From Mobula hypostoma (lineage: Eukaryota): a DNA stretch of 64,000 nt. Below the pieces are notes generated by a model that saw nothing but the letters and a program-made list of their open reading frames with translations, was not told where the DNA came from and made no database searches. Of this stretch, positions 25,948 to 36,725 are shown in pieces. The translations under genes were made by a program, and so were the position numbers. Numbering within the stretch: the first letter of the stretch is position 1; every line of letters starts with the position of its first letter. The DNA is taken from positions 930,001-994,000 of the forward strand of contig NC_086108.1 in NCBI RefSeq assembly GCF_963921235.1, written 5' to 3'.

Positions 25948-26382
25948 GTATGGTGACGGCATCTGCTGCCCGGGTACAGATAGAACAGCACAATTGATAT
26001 TACACTTCACAGCACACAGCTGTAAGATCAGGGTTCAATTCCCACAGCTGTGTGTAAGGAGTTTGTACATTCTCCCCATGACCTCAGTGTGTTCTGCTTT
26101 CCTCCCACATTCCAAAGACGTATGGCTTAGGGTTAATAAGCTGTGGGCACGCTACCGGAAGCTTGGCGACTCTCGCAGGCTACCTCCAGTACATCTTTGG
26201 ACCTTGTTGGTGGTTGACGCAAATGACACATTTCACTGTGCGTTTCGATGTTTCAATGTACATGTAGTACAAAGCTAATCTCTTTAAAGCAGTGGTGGGA
26301 GCAGATTGAACAAGCACCACTGATCCACAATGGCAGAGGGTTAACCTTATGATCTGGCTACTGTGATCTTGCTGGATTTGAA

Positions 26383-26431
26383 CAGCTTCCCGCAGTCATG
26401 GCAGGAGATCCAGGTATGGTGACAGTTCTGC
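26383..26431 (+). repeat. Local duplicate of the 3' end of exon 25699-25947 including its splice donor
   Basis: cagcttcccgcagtcatggcaggagatccag|gtatggtgac compared with cagctcccgcagtcgtggcaggagatccag|gtatggtgac at 25918-25957. Confidence 0.9.
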
Positions 26432-26681
26432 AGTGGGAATAGGTGGGAAAATGTTGGGGAACATTAAACAAGCAGCACTATGTAAGAAGTGGGACTGAGG
26501 GGTTTTCAGAGAGGAAGCTTTGGAAGAGTGGTGAGGAGATGCTGGTGATGATAATGGTTTACTTGCTATGATCTTGCCTCGTTTTGACAGTCTCAAGGCA
26601 ATGGGTTTTGTATTATAGAATTTAAATTCTTTTCCTTGTAAGAATTAAGGACATAAAGTTCAGGGTAAATTTATTATCAAA

Positions 26682-27150
26682 ATCCAATGTGGGGACTGCA
26701 GGAAATATCACATCAGCCAAGATGGGAAAAAACAGCCCACAAGGATCCATGAACATCAACCGTAAAGCGAAACGACCAACTCTCCCTTGTCTCTACCACG
26801 AAGATCGAGAGGGCATAAATTTGACTGGGCATTAGTGAAAGTCATAGCACAAGCAAACATGTGGTGTTCATGAGGATTCCTAGAAGCATAGTTTTCCATG
26901 AACAGTTCTGTAAACAGACGTGTAGACCTCAATCCCATGTATGAGCCAATGCAGGCAAAATTCAAGTCAACACATGGAGTTGATGCAACCAGTCAGCAGC
27001 ATGATCTCCATGCATCGCAATTGAATTTCCATAATGACAACCAATTAGCTGATTGAAAGGTATATAAAGCTCAAGCACTCGGAGGACACACCACAATCAA
27101 CAGTGCACATTTGCAAATGGATTGTCAAGGTTGGAGAACAACTCAACCCA
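26682..27150 (+). mobile_element. Decayed Penelope-like element of a second type (Poseidon-like GIY-YIG C-terminus)
   Basis: Translates KIQCGDCRKYHISQDGKKQPTRIHEHQ...EGHKFDW...FLEA...VNRRVDLNPMY. Flanked by attatcaaa at 26673-26681 and 27151-27159. Confidence 0.7.
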
Positions 27151-27396
27151 ATTATCAAAGTGTGTATATATCACCATTTACTACCCTGAGATTCACTTCC
27201 TTGCAGGCATTCACAGTAAGTACAAAGAAATACAATGGAATCAATGAAAAAATATGCCCACAAATAAAGACTGACAAGCAATGTGCAAAAGAAAGCAAAC
27301 TGAGATACATTAAAGAATTAAAAATAAATAATTAGTACAGAGAACATGAATTTATAGTCTTTGAAAGTGTTCGTAGGTTGTGTTCAGTAATCAGAG

Positions 27397-27870
27397 TTGT
27401 GGTGAGTGAAGTTATCCACACTGGCTCAGGAGCCTGATGGTTGTGGGGTAACAACTGTTCCTGAACCTGGTGGTGTGGGACCTGAGGCTCATTGTGGTGA
27501 GTGAAGTTATCCACACTGGTTCAGGAGCCTGATGGTTGTGGGGTAATAACTGTTCCTGAACCTGGTGGTGTGGGACCTGAGGCTCATTGTGATGAGTGAA
27601 GTTATCCACACTGGTTCAGGAGTCTGATGGTTGTGGGGTAATAACTGTTCCTGAACCTGGTGGTGTGGGACCTGAGGCTCATTGTGATGAGTGAAGTTAT
27701 CCACACTGGTTCAGGAGCCTGATGGTTGTGGGGTAATAACTGTTCCTGAACCTGGTGGTGTGGGACCTGAGGCTCATTGTGGTGAGTGAAGTTATCCACA
27801 CTGGTTCAGGAGCCTGATGGTTGCAGGGTAATACCTGTTCCTGAAGCTGGTGATGTAGGACGTAAGGGTA
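27397..27870. repeat. 95-bp tandem repeat (4 near-identical units plus 1 diverged) derived from a Rex1 3' end
   Basis: Units start at 27397, 27492, 27587, 27682, 27777; no unique spacers; encodes HTTRFRNSYYPTTIRLLN on minus. Confidence 0.95.
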
Positions 27871-28502
27871 CTGTACCTCCTTCCTTATGGTAGCAGTGAG
27901 AAGAGAGCATGCCGTGGATGGATCAAAATAAAAAAATGTTGGAGCAACTCAGCAGGTCAGGCAGCATCTATGGAAATGAATAAATAGTGGACGTTTCAGT
28001 CGAGACCCTGTTGATGAATGCTGCTTTCTTATGGTATTGCTGCTTGTAGATGTGCTCAATGGTGGGAAGGGCTTTTCCTGTGATGGACTGGGCTGTATCC
28101 ACCTCGTTCATGGGCACTGGTGTTTCCATATTAGGCTGAGATGCATCCGGACAAAATTATAAGTAATAGCTGAAACAAATTTATGTCTGTAATAATAAGA
28201 TAAACCACCTTAGATGTGCAAACTAGTTATAAGGGCAACATTCACCAGGAACTATCACCTTGTGTACTGAGCTGTTAACAGGCACTTAGATTGGGTGTTA
28301 AACTGATGGTCGACCTTGAATGCTCTCCTGCATTATGGGTGAGAAGCCAGTGTCATTGCAGATGGAACCTTCTGGTATCAGAGCCACTGGTTGCACCAGC
28401 AGGAGGTGTTAACTTTCACTTGCGACTTTCACCTAAAGTTAACAGAAAGCGAGATTTGAAGTCATCAAGGCTTTTCAGAGAATAAATATTGAGATGCTTC
28501 TA

Positions 28503-28892
28503 CTCTCAGTGGGCACATTATTAGATACCTCCACTACCTAATAAAGTGGCCACTGAGTGTATGTTCATGGTCTGCTGCTGCTACAGCCCATGCTTCACAT
28601 GTTGTGCATTCAGAGATGCTCTTCTGTACACCACTGTTGTAACGTGTGGTTATTTGAGTTACTGTCACCTTCCTGTCAGCTTGAACCAGTTTGGCCGTTC
28701 TCCTCTGACCCACAGAACTACCGCTCACTGAATGTTTTTTGATTCTCGCACCACTCTCTAAACACGAGGGCAGGGGTTTCCAACATGGGGTCTACAGACC
28801 TCTTGGTTAATGGTAGGGGTTAGGGAACCCCTGCTGTTGAGACTGTTTTGTGTGAAAAATCTCAGGAGATCAGCAGATTCTGAAATACTTCT
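28503..28892 (-). mobile_element. Tc1-like DNA transposon remnant
   Basis: QRRTAKLVQADRKVTVTQITTRYNSGVQKSISE Tc1 DNA-binding region; TIR-like cactcagtggccactttattaggta. Second copy at about 55875-56362. Confidence 0.75.
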
Positions 28893-29128
28893 ATCTGGAG
28901 GAGAGGCTGGGGAGATGAAGCTCGGTCTGTTTGGTCTGGAGGAGAGACTGGGGAGGCTCGGCTCGGTCTGTTCTGTCTGGAGGAGAGGCCGGGGAGACGA
29001 GGCTCGGTCTGGAGGAGAGACTGGGGAGGCTCGGCTCGGTCTGTTCTGTCTGGAGGAGAGGCTGGGGAGGCTCGGCTCGGTCTGTTCTGTCTGGAGGGTG
29101 GGGCTCGGTCCGTTTTGTTTGGAGAGGC
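28893..29128. repeat. Minisatellite, unit about 31-41 bp (ctggaggagagRctggggaggctcggctcggtctgttctgt)
   Basis: About six imperfect units seen directly. Confidence 0.9.
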
Positions 29129-29129
29129 T

Positions 29130-30597
29130 CAGTCTGTCCGTTTGTATAGGGCCTATCAGCGGAGTCAAAAGAGCTGTATGAAGAAGAGGTGTTTCTCGCA
29201 GGTCTGAGGCAGTCATTTAAAAAGAGAGCTTTGAGGGCGTTTGTCCATTGTATAGGAGTCAACAGAGCTCTATGAACTAAATAAAAGTACAGAAGCGATA
29301 AGTGGAGTGGCCATTTTTGGGAGTAGGCCAGTGACAAGAGTAGAAACGACAGGCTTTAGCTCAAAGGAGGCTTTGGCTCTATGTAAAGTGTCTGTTAGGA
29401 TTTCTTTTTATCTTTTTTTCCCCTCTATTACTGTACTATTTAAGTGGCTGTGGTGTTGGAGAACTGGAAGACCTAGAGTCTCCTGGGGAACTACATCTGT
29501 GTGAAGTGCATCCAACTGTAGCTCCTTGAAGACTGTGTTAGGGATCTGGAGCAACAACTGAATGACGTTTGGCTTGTTAGATAGAGTGAGGAGATAATTG
29601 ATCAAAGTTTCAGGTAAGTAGTCACCCCGAAGTTGCAGGAGACAAGTAGCTGGGTGACCGTCAGGTGAAATGGAAATAGGCAGTTAGAGCAGAGTACGCA
29701 TGTGACCATTACCCTCAAAAACAAGTATACCGCTTTGGATACTGTTGTGGGGGATGACCACCTGGGAGAACGCCACGGTGATTGGTTACAGGCACTGAGG
29801 TATGATGTTGTGGCCATCACTGAACCGTGGCTGAAGGATGGTCGTAGTTGGGAGCTGAATGTCCAAGGTTACACGTTGTATCAGAGGGACAGGAAGGTAG
29901 GCAGAGTGGGTAGTGTGGCTCTACTGGTAAAGAATGGTATCAAATCAGTAGAAAGATGTGACATAGGATTGGAAGATGTTGAATCCTTGTGGGTTGAGTT
30001 AAGATACTGCAAGGGTAAAAGGACGTTGATGGCAGTTATATACAGGCCTCCCAACGGTAGCTGGGAGGTGGACCACAGATTGCAACAGGAAATAGAAAAG
30101 GCGAGTCAAAAGGGCAATATATGGTAGTGATAGGTGATTTTAACATGCAGTTTGATTGGGAAAATCAGGTTGGAAATGGATCTCGAGAGTGAGTTTGTTG
30201 AATGGCTAAGAGATGTTTTTTTAGAGCAGTTTGTTGTTGAGCCTACTAGGGGATCAGCTATACTGGAGTGGGTGTTATGTAATGAACTGGAGGTGATTAG
30301 GGAGCTTAAGGTAAAAGAACCCTTAGGAACCAGTGACCACAATATGATTGAGGCAACACACATCAAAGTTGCTGGTGAACGCAGTAGGCCAGGCAGCATC
30401 TCTAGGAAGAGGTACAGTCGACGTTTCAGGCCGAGACCCTTCGTCAGGGTCTCGGCGTGAAACGTCGACTGTACCTCTTCCTAGAGATGCTTCCTGGCCT
30501 GCTGTGTTCACCAGCAACTTTGATGTGTGTTGCTTGAATTTCCAGCATCTGCAGAATTCCTGTTGTTTACAATATGATTGAGTTCAACTTGAAATTG
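29130..30597 (+). mobile_element. Internally deleted 5' part of a CR1 LINE (5' UTR, ORF1 fragment, APE fragment)
   Basis: ITLKNKYTALDTVVGDD (ORF1) fused to YDVVAITEPWL...YRPP...SDHN (APE); interrupted by a Penelope hairpin. Confidence 0.85.
30353..30568. mobile_element. 216-bp Penelope pLTR hairpin insertion with 14-bp TSD
   Basis: TSD acaatatgattgag at 30339-30352 and 30569-30582; arms nearly identical to those at 3492-4223; fold-back point lies inside the hammerhead core. Confidence 0.9.
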
Positions 30598-31405
30598 AAG
30601 GTTTTAAAGGTACATTTAATGTCAGAGAAATGTATACAATATACATCCTGAAATTCTTTTTCTTTGCAACCATTCACAAAAACAGAGGGGTGCCCCAAAG
30701 AATGAATGACAGTTAAATGTTAGAACCGCAAAGTACCCCCCAGCTCCCCCCACCCAAGCATAAGCAGCGGGAAAGTAGTGATTTCCCTGCCTCCAGCAAA
30801 AAAAAGCATCGGCGCCCCCCCACTGAGAACTCAGGCGTGCAGCAAGGCGTCAATAAAGAGACTTGCAGTAGCCCATAGTCTACTTGTTCACCCAGTAACT
30901 CGACATAGCACAGGCTCTCTCTCCCCCGAATAAGCAAAAAAAGAAGTGTCCCTGTTTCACAGTGAGAGGGGAGACATAACAAGCAACTCATTGATTTATG
31001 ATGTTGAAAGTCTGTTGCGTCATTTTTTCTGAGCTCTGTGCCCAAAGAACTCGGTTCTCTGGGCACACAGCCAGAAGCTAGCTTGCTGCTTTTGTACTCC
31101 CGCGACACGCTAGTTTCCTGTGGAGGCACCAACCTCAAGCTTCTAGAGCCACAAAACCCCGGAACCCTGAAGGCGCGCTAGTCTTCTAGAACGCGTCCTT
31201 GGTATGTTGAATAGTGGCCAGTCGTGAGACCCCGAAAGCGGGTCCCATTCCCGCAAAGAACCAAAATCGGCGTGTAACTCCAGGTCAGGGTCTTTAAAAG
31301 AACCCTGAAAGGGAAAAATGGAGATATTGAAGATAGAAATAGAGCAGTTTCGGAAGATGCAAGCAGAGGAGTTGCCGTTAAGCGCCATCGTCCTTCTGAG
31401 CTCCA
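30597..31405 (-). mobile_element. Non-coding, non-autonomous retroelement (about 800 bp)
   Basis: Starts on minus with gaaggacgatggcg and ends with a Rex-like 3' tail. Shorter relatives at about 720-1020 and 14195-14490. Confidence 0.5.
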
Positions 31406-31954
31406 GCCATTCCTTCTCCATTCCTTCTCAGTGCTGAAGAAGAGTCTTGGCCAGAAATGTTGACTGTTTATTCATTTCCATAGACGCTGCCTGACCTGCT
31501 GAGTTCCCCCAACATTTTGTTTGTGTTGCTTTAGAAATTTATGACACCGGGGTGATTTTATTTATTTATTTAGTGATCCAGCGTGGTAACAGGGCCTTGT
31601 GGCCCAATGGCACCCAATTTCATCCTACTAACCCATACATCTTTGGAATGCATAAGGAAACTGGAGTTCACGGACAAAACCACACAGTCACAGGGAGAAT
31701 ATACAATCTCCTTCCAGACGGCAGCAGAAATGAACCTGGGTTGCTGGTGTAATTGTAGCTTTACGCTAACTGCTGCCCATGTTATGTGTGGGTAGTTAAT
31801 GTAGGCGTAAATGGTGGTGTAGTACATGAAAATCTATTCAGTGTACAGTCTGCGTTGGAGTGGAAATCGGATTTGGGGGCAGTTTCCACCGTAATCATCT
31901 ATGTATTTGGCTGCTCCTGTGATGCTGTCTTAAAGCATTTCTCCTTCCCCCGAG

Positions 31955-32158
31955 GTCGCGGAGTCACTCGCGTTCGGACGACCGTTACCGCAGAAGCAGC
32001 AGGGGAGGCTACAGCTTGAGTCGACGCAGGAGCAGCAGCAGCCGGAGCAGCAGCGGCAGCCTGAGCCGCTCGCAGAGCCAAAGCAAGTCTCTGTCCCCCG
32101 TGAAAGAGAGCCTGGGGAAGGTGGCTGCCTCACCTGCCACCAGCGAAAAACTGAAAAA
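31955..32158 (+). CDS. CLASRP: CLASRP RS-domain exon, SRSHSRSDDRYRR...AASPATSEKLK(K)
   Basis: Acceptor ttctccttcccccgag| (GAG), donor aa|gtacga; 204 nt, phase 2 to 2. Confidence 0.9.
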
Positions 32159-32177
32159 GTACGACTGCACTCTCTCT

Positions 32178-32372
32178 GCCCCTCGCTCCCTCTTCACCTC
32201 CGCCCCTCGCTCCCTCCTCTTCACCTCCGCCCCCTCGCTCCCTCCTCTTCACCTCCTCCCCCTCGCTCCCTCCTCTTCACCTCCGCCCCTCGCTCCCTCC
32301 TTTTCACCTCCGCCCCTTGCTCACTCCTCTTCACTTCTGCCCCCTCGCTCCCTCCTCCTTACCTCCGCCTCC
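32178..32372. repeat. C-rich minisatellite, about 27-bp unit gcccctcgctccctcctcttcacctcc, about 7 copies
   Basis: Seen directly; starts 20 nt after the donor at 32159. Confidence 0.92.
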
Positions 32373-33720
32373 GTGTACAGCCTTGGTTTCCATATTGTGT
32401 GAGGGATGTCAAGGCACTAGAGAGAGTTCAGAGAAGGGCAGCTAAACTTATTCCAGGTCTGCAGGGTATGAGTTATGAAGAAAGATTGAAAGAATTAAAT
32501 CTTTTTACCCTAAGTAAATGTAGAAGGAGAGGAGACATGATAGAAGTGTTCAAAATCATGAAGGGTATAAGTAAACTGGATGCCAGCTGCTAGTTCAAAA
32601 TTAATCCATTATCGAGGACACGGGGCCATAAGTGGAGACTGGTTAAAGGGAGATTTCAGACTAATCTCAGGAGGCATTCCTTTACAGTGAGTTGTGAACA
32701 CATGGAGCAAACTATCTAGTTGAGTAGTTGAGAGTACTTTCAAATCTAAACTCAATAGTTATTTAAACTAACAACGTGAATAGGACTTTGGAAAGCTTTG
32801 TTGGGCCGAATGGCCTGTTCTTGTCAAAAACTTTATAATGTTCTAGAATACTGGATCTAAGGACTAGAAGTATTATTGGACTTTGTGGGCGTTCAAATTC
32901 CTTATTTGCGTGATCAATCATCCAAATAGAATCTCCACATTAAAGGCAAATAATACTTCAGAATTAGTAATTGACCAATAGTAAGTAACACTCTAGAACC
33001 CTAATAGAGTCATAGAAAGCTACAGCATAGAAACAGGCCCTTTGGCCCATCTAGTCAATGCCGAATCATTGAAGTTGCCTACTGTCATTGACCTGCACCG
33101 GGACCATAGCCTCCTTACCCCTGCCATCTGTTTACCTTTCCAAACTTCTGAATGTTGGAGTCGCAGCTGCCACTTACGCTGACAGCTTGTTCCACACTGC
33201 CTCCACCCTCTGAGTTTTCCTTCATGGTCCCCGTGAATCAGGGGTTCCCGGTCCTTTTATATCATGGACCCCTACTATTAACCAAGAGGTCTCTAGGCCC
33301 CAGGTTGGGAAACCCTGCCTTACACATTTCACCTTTCAGCTTTAGTTGCAGTCTCACCCAACTTCTGGAAAAAGCCTGCTTGCATTTACCCTATCTATAT
33401 ACCTCTATCAAATCTCCCCTCAGTTTTCTGTGATCTGCTTATTTTGTATCTGTATGCCAAATAGCTTCATATGCCAGTTGGTCAGTATCTATATTTAACT
33501 AATCCTAAACAATTCTGCTTAAAAATTACATTTTTTAAAATTCAAATGTTAGAACAGTTTGGTGATAGGGGCCAGGCTGTTCTCTTTGTGTGCAACTAAA
33601 TAGTGTGTTTGAGGATCGAGTGTAAGTTTTCAGAGACCGGTTCATCGGCGATGACACTGTGATTGTGTTAAGTTGACCCTCTGTCTCTCTTCCCCCCCCC
33701 CCCTTTTTTCTCATTCCCAG

Positions 33721-33760
33721 GTCTGACACTCCTGTGGGTAAAGAGTCCGGAGCTGCCAAA
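33721..33760 (+). CDS. CLASRP: CLASRP exon, SDTPVGKESGAAK
   Basis: Long polypyrimidine tract ending cccag|, donor aaa|gtcagt; 40 nt, phase 2 to 0. Confidence 0.93.
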
Positions 33761-34879
33761 GTCAGTAAGAATTTTATCTCACCTCCGTTAAACACAGCCC
33801 CTTCTGAAAACCTCACAGAAACACTTATGCAGCCTCAAGTAGTCTTTCAGCAACTTTTAGTCGCTTTCTAACCTGAAATTGTCCTTGATGCTGTGTTACT
33901 GGTAACACAGCAGAGAGCACGCGAGTTTGGCAGCACCTTAAACACGTTCCGCTTTCATAAGGTCCTTTGTGTTTCCAAACGGTGCCAAGAACTCAAAGTG
34001 CTAAATTTTGTCTTTCCTATGAGAATCTGAAATTCTAAAATGTTGCACCAAATGTAAATTGTTATAACTTTTCACTGTGCTGCTGCGGGTTTTTCCATCC
34101 TCTGACCATTGCCTGCTGTCTATAGTTTGCAAGGACATGATACGTTTTGCTATGTCAACTGTCACAATGCTGTTACATGTGATTATCATTAGGGGGCTCT
34201 GTGGAAAAGGTTTATAAAATGCATCTCAAATATCCTTTATTTCAAAGATACACTATTTAAGATTGATTGAGATACAGCACAGAATAGGCCCTTCCAGCAG
34301 TGCCGCCCAGCAATCCCCTGGTTTAATCCTAGCCTAATCCAGGGACAGTTTACGACGACCAATTCACCTACCAATCAATGCGTCTTTGGACTGTGGGAGG
34401 AAACCAGAGCACCCGGAGGAAACCCACGTGGTCACAGGGAGAGCGTACAAACTCCTTACAGGCAGCGGTGGAAGTTGAATCCAGGTCACTTGTACTATAA
34501 AGTGTTGTATTAACCACTGCACTCCCTTATGTCACTGATTGTGTGCAAGAGTAGAAATACTTTACAAGTGTCGCCTGAATAATTCCAAGTTGCTATTTAT
34601 TTCTGGTGATTTTACATTATTTATTCGTGGATTATGGCAGATTTACACAACATAAGGCATTTGGCTTAATGAAGAGCGGCATAGTAAGTTACCGCAATGC
34701 TATGATAGCACCAGCAACCTGGCTTCAATTCCCACCACTGCCTGTATGTTTTCCCAGTGACGATATGGGTTTCCTCTGGTGCTCTGGTTTCCTCCCACAG
34801 TCCAAAGACATAGGCTTTTAGATTAATTGGTCACATGGGTGTGATTGGGAGGCACAGGCTCGTTGGGCCAGAAGTGCTT

Positions 34880-35300
34880 GTTACTGTACTTGTTGCCCAG
34901 TACGCCGCTGACATTTAGGGCAGGAATGAAGGTCGTCCATCTCTGGTGGTGTTTGGGGCTTCCTTCATCGTATCAGTAGCTTCCTCTCAGTTTTCAATAC
35001 TGTCACTCAAGCAAATCCCAAGTGGAGACTCAGGAATACTGTTGCACTCAGTTGTAGGATTCTTTAGTGCTGTTTCTGTAACAGTTTTGTTTGACCAGTC
35101 GGGGTTGTTAGCCCTGAGTTAAACCCCTGAACCTGGAGGACCGGTGGACCACTCTTAGTCTGGCCTGTACCCTTTGACCTATTTGGCATGGGTGACCCTA
35201 CCAAGAGCATAAAGCCCTAACTCCAGCTAAAACAGCTCTCTGGATCATTTGGGCATGCAAGCCTTCAAACTCAACAACAAGGTTGTGGTCCCTTTGGAGG
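34880..35300 (-). mobile_element. RTE-clade 5'-type fragment
   Basis: cctgaacctggaggacc...ggcatgggtgaccctacca motifs recalled from RTE-1 elements. Partial reverse copy at about 60370-60630. Confidence 0.45.
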
Positions 35301-36479
35301 CCTGATACTGTGCTGCTTCTCTAAATCTGAAAGTTTCAATTAGTGCCACGCTTTTGAAGATTTAAAAAATAAAAATTAACTTTATTTGTCGCATGTACAG
35401 AGAAATATGCTGTCTGTGTCAAACCAAATCAGTGAGGATTGTGTTGGGCAGCCCTCTAGTGTCGCCACATTTCCGGTGCCACAACTCACTAACCCTAACC
35501 TGTGTGTCGTTGGAATGTGGGAGGAAACTGTGTCGTGTGGAGGAAGCCTAAGTGGTCATGGAGAGAAAATACAAACTCCTTACAGACGGTAGCGGATATC
35601 GAAACCCACATTCCAAAGACATACAGATGGGTTAATAGGTAAATTATCACATGGGTGTAATTGGGTGGCACGGACTCATAGGTCTAGTTACCATGCTGTA
35701 TCTCTAAATTAAACAAAACAATACAAAAAAAGTCTTCTGAGTTGGACAAACTCAAGTCCTTGTGTTCCGTCAATGGTTGGTGCTGTTACTGTGTGCTGCC
35801 ACGTAACAACTATATCAAGAGGGAAAAACCTGATTCATGTTCTCAAGTTGTCTTGTGACATAGGAAGCCATTTGGCACATCTGTGATCCTATGCCGGCTC
35901 TCCTGGCAATCTCATCACTCCCATTCTTCCTTCATTTCCCTTTCATGTCCACAGCTTTACCTAGTTCTTTTGCTACCCACTACACTAGGGGCAACCTGCA
36001 GTAACCAGTTAGTTTCTTTTATGGAGATGCAGCATGGAATAGGCCCTTCATGCTGTGCTGCCCAGCAAACCCCCAAATTAACCCTAGCCTAATCACAGGA
36101 CAATTTACAATGACCAATTATCCTACCAACTGGTTGGTCCTTGGACTGTGGGAGGAGACCAGAGCACCCAGAGGAAACCCACACGGTCCTTACAGGCAGC
36201 AGCAGCGATTGAAACCGGGTCGCTGGTACTGTAAAACTTTCTGCTAACTATTATGCTACTTGCTGCCCACAAATGACAGGAAATCCGCACGGTCACTGGG
36301 AGAACATGTGAACTCTGCACAATATCACTGGATGTCAGGACTGAACCCAGGTTGATTGAAATGTTCAGCTGCCTGTATCATTAACACTTACTCTTGGGCA
36401 GATCTTGGTACAGTTAGCAAGCCGTTACTGTGTGTCTTTCATGCAGAGATACTTGAGCAAGGTTTAAGTAAATATATTA

Positions 36480-36725
36480 GGATGATTCAGTTAGCATAAC
36501 ACTGTTACAGCACTAATGACCCAGGTTCAATTCCCACTGCTGCCTGTAAGGAGTCTGTATATTCTCTCTGTGACTGTATGGGTTTCCTCCGGGTGCTCCA
36601 GTTTCCTTCCACGGTCCCGAGACGTATGAGTTAGTATGTTAATTGATCAGGAGTGTAATTGAGTGGCGTCGGCTCATTGCAGAGCAAGGCCCTCTTACCG
36701 TGCTGTATCTCGAAATAGATAAATG
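36480..36725 (+). mobile_element. tRNA-derived V-SINE (HE1-like)
   Basis: B-box ggttcaattcc followed by V-domain gagtYtgtaYRttctc...gggtttcctccgggtgctcc.gtttcct. Other copies at about 26010-26280(+), 31570-31780(-), 34270-34520(-), 34670-34890(+), 35420-35610(-), 36025-36350(-), 41880-42040(+), 55590-55860(+), 58710-58900(+), 60770-61010(+), 61040-61300(-). Confidence 0.75.

Noticed and set aside
25415..26278. 287-aa single-exon ORF
   Set aside because: Only 25699-25947 is exon; the rest is chance read-through into intron and a SINE.
27397..27870. Regular repeats resembling a CRISPR array
   Set aside because: Units are contiguous with no unique spacers, derive from a Rex1 LINE end, and there are no cas genes; the DNA is vertebrate intron.
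36490..36545. tRNA gene suggested by ggttcaattcc
   Set aside because: Decayed SINE head followed by a V-domain; no cloverleaf can be drawn.
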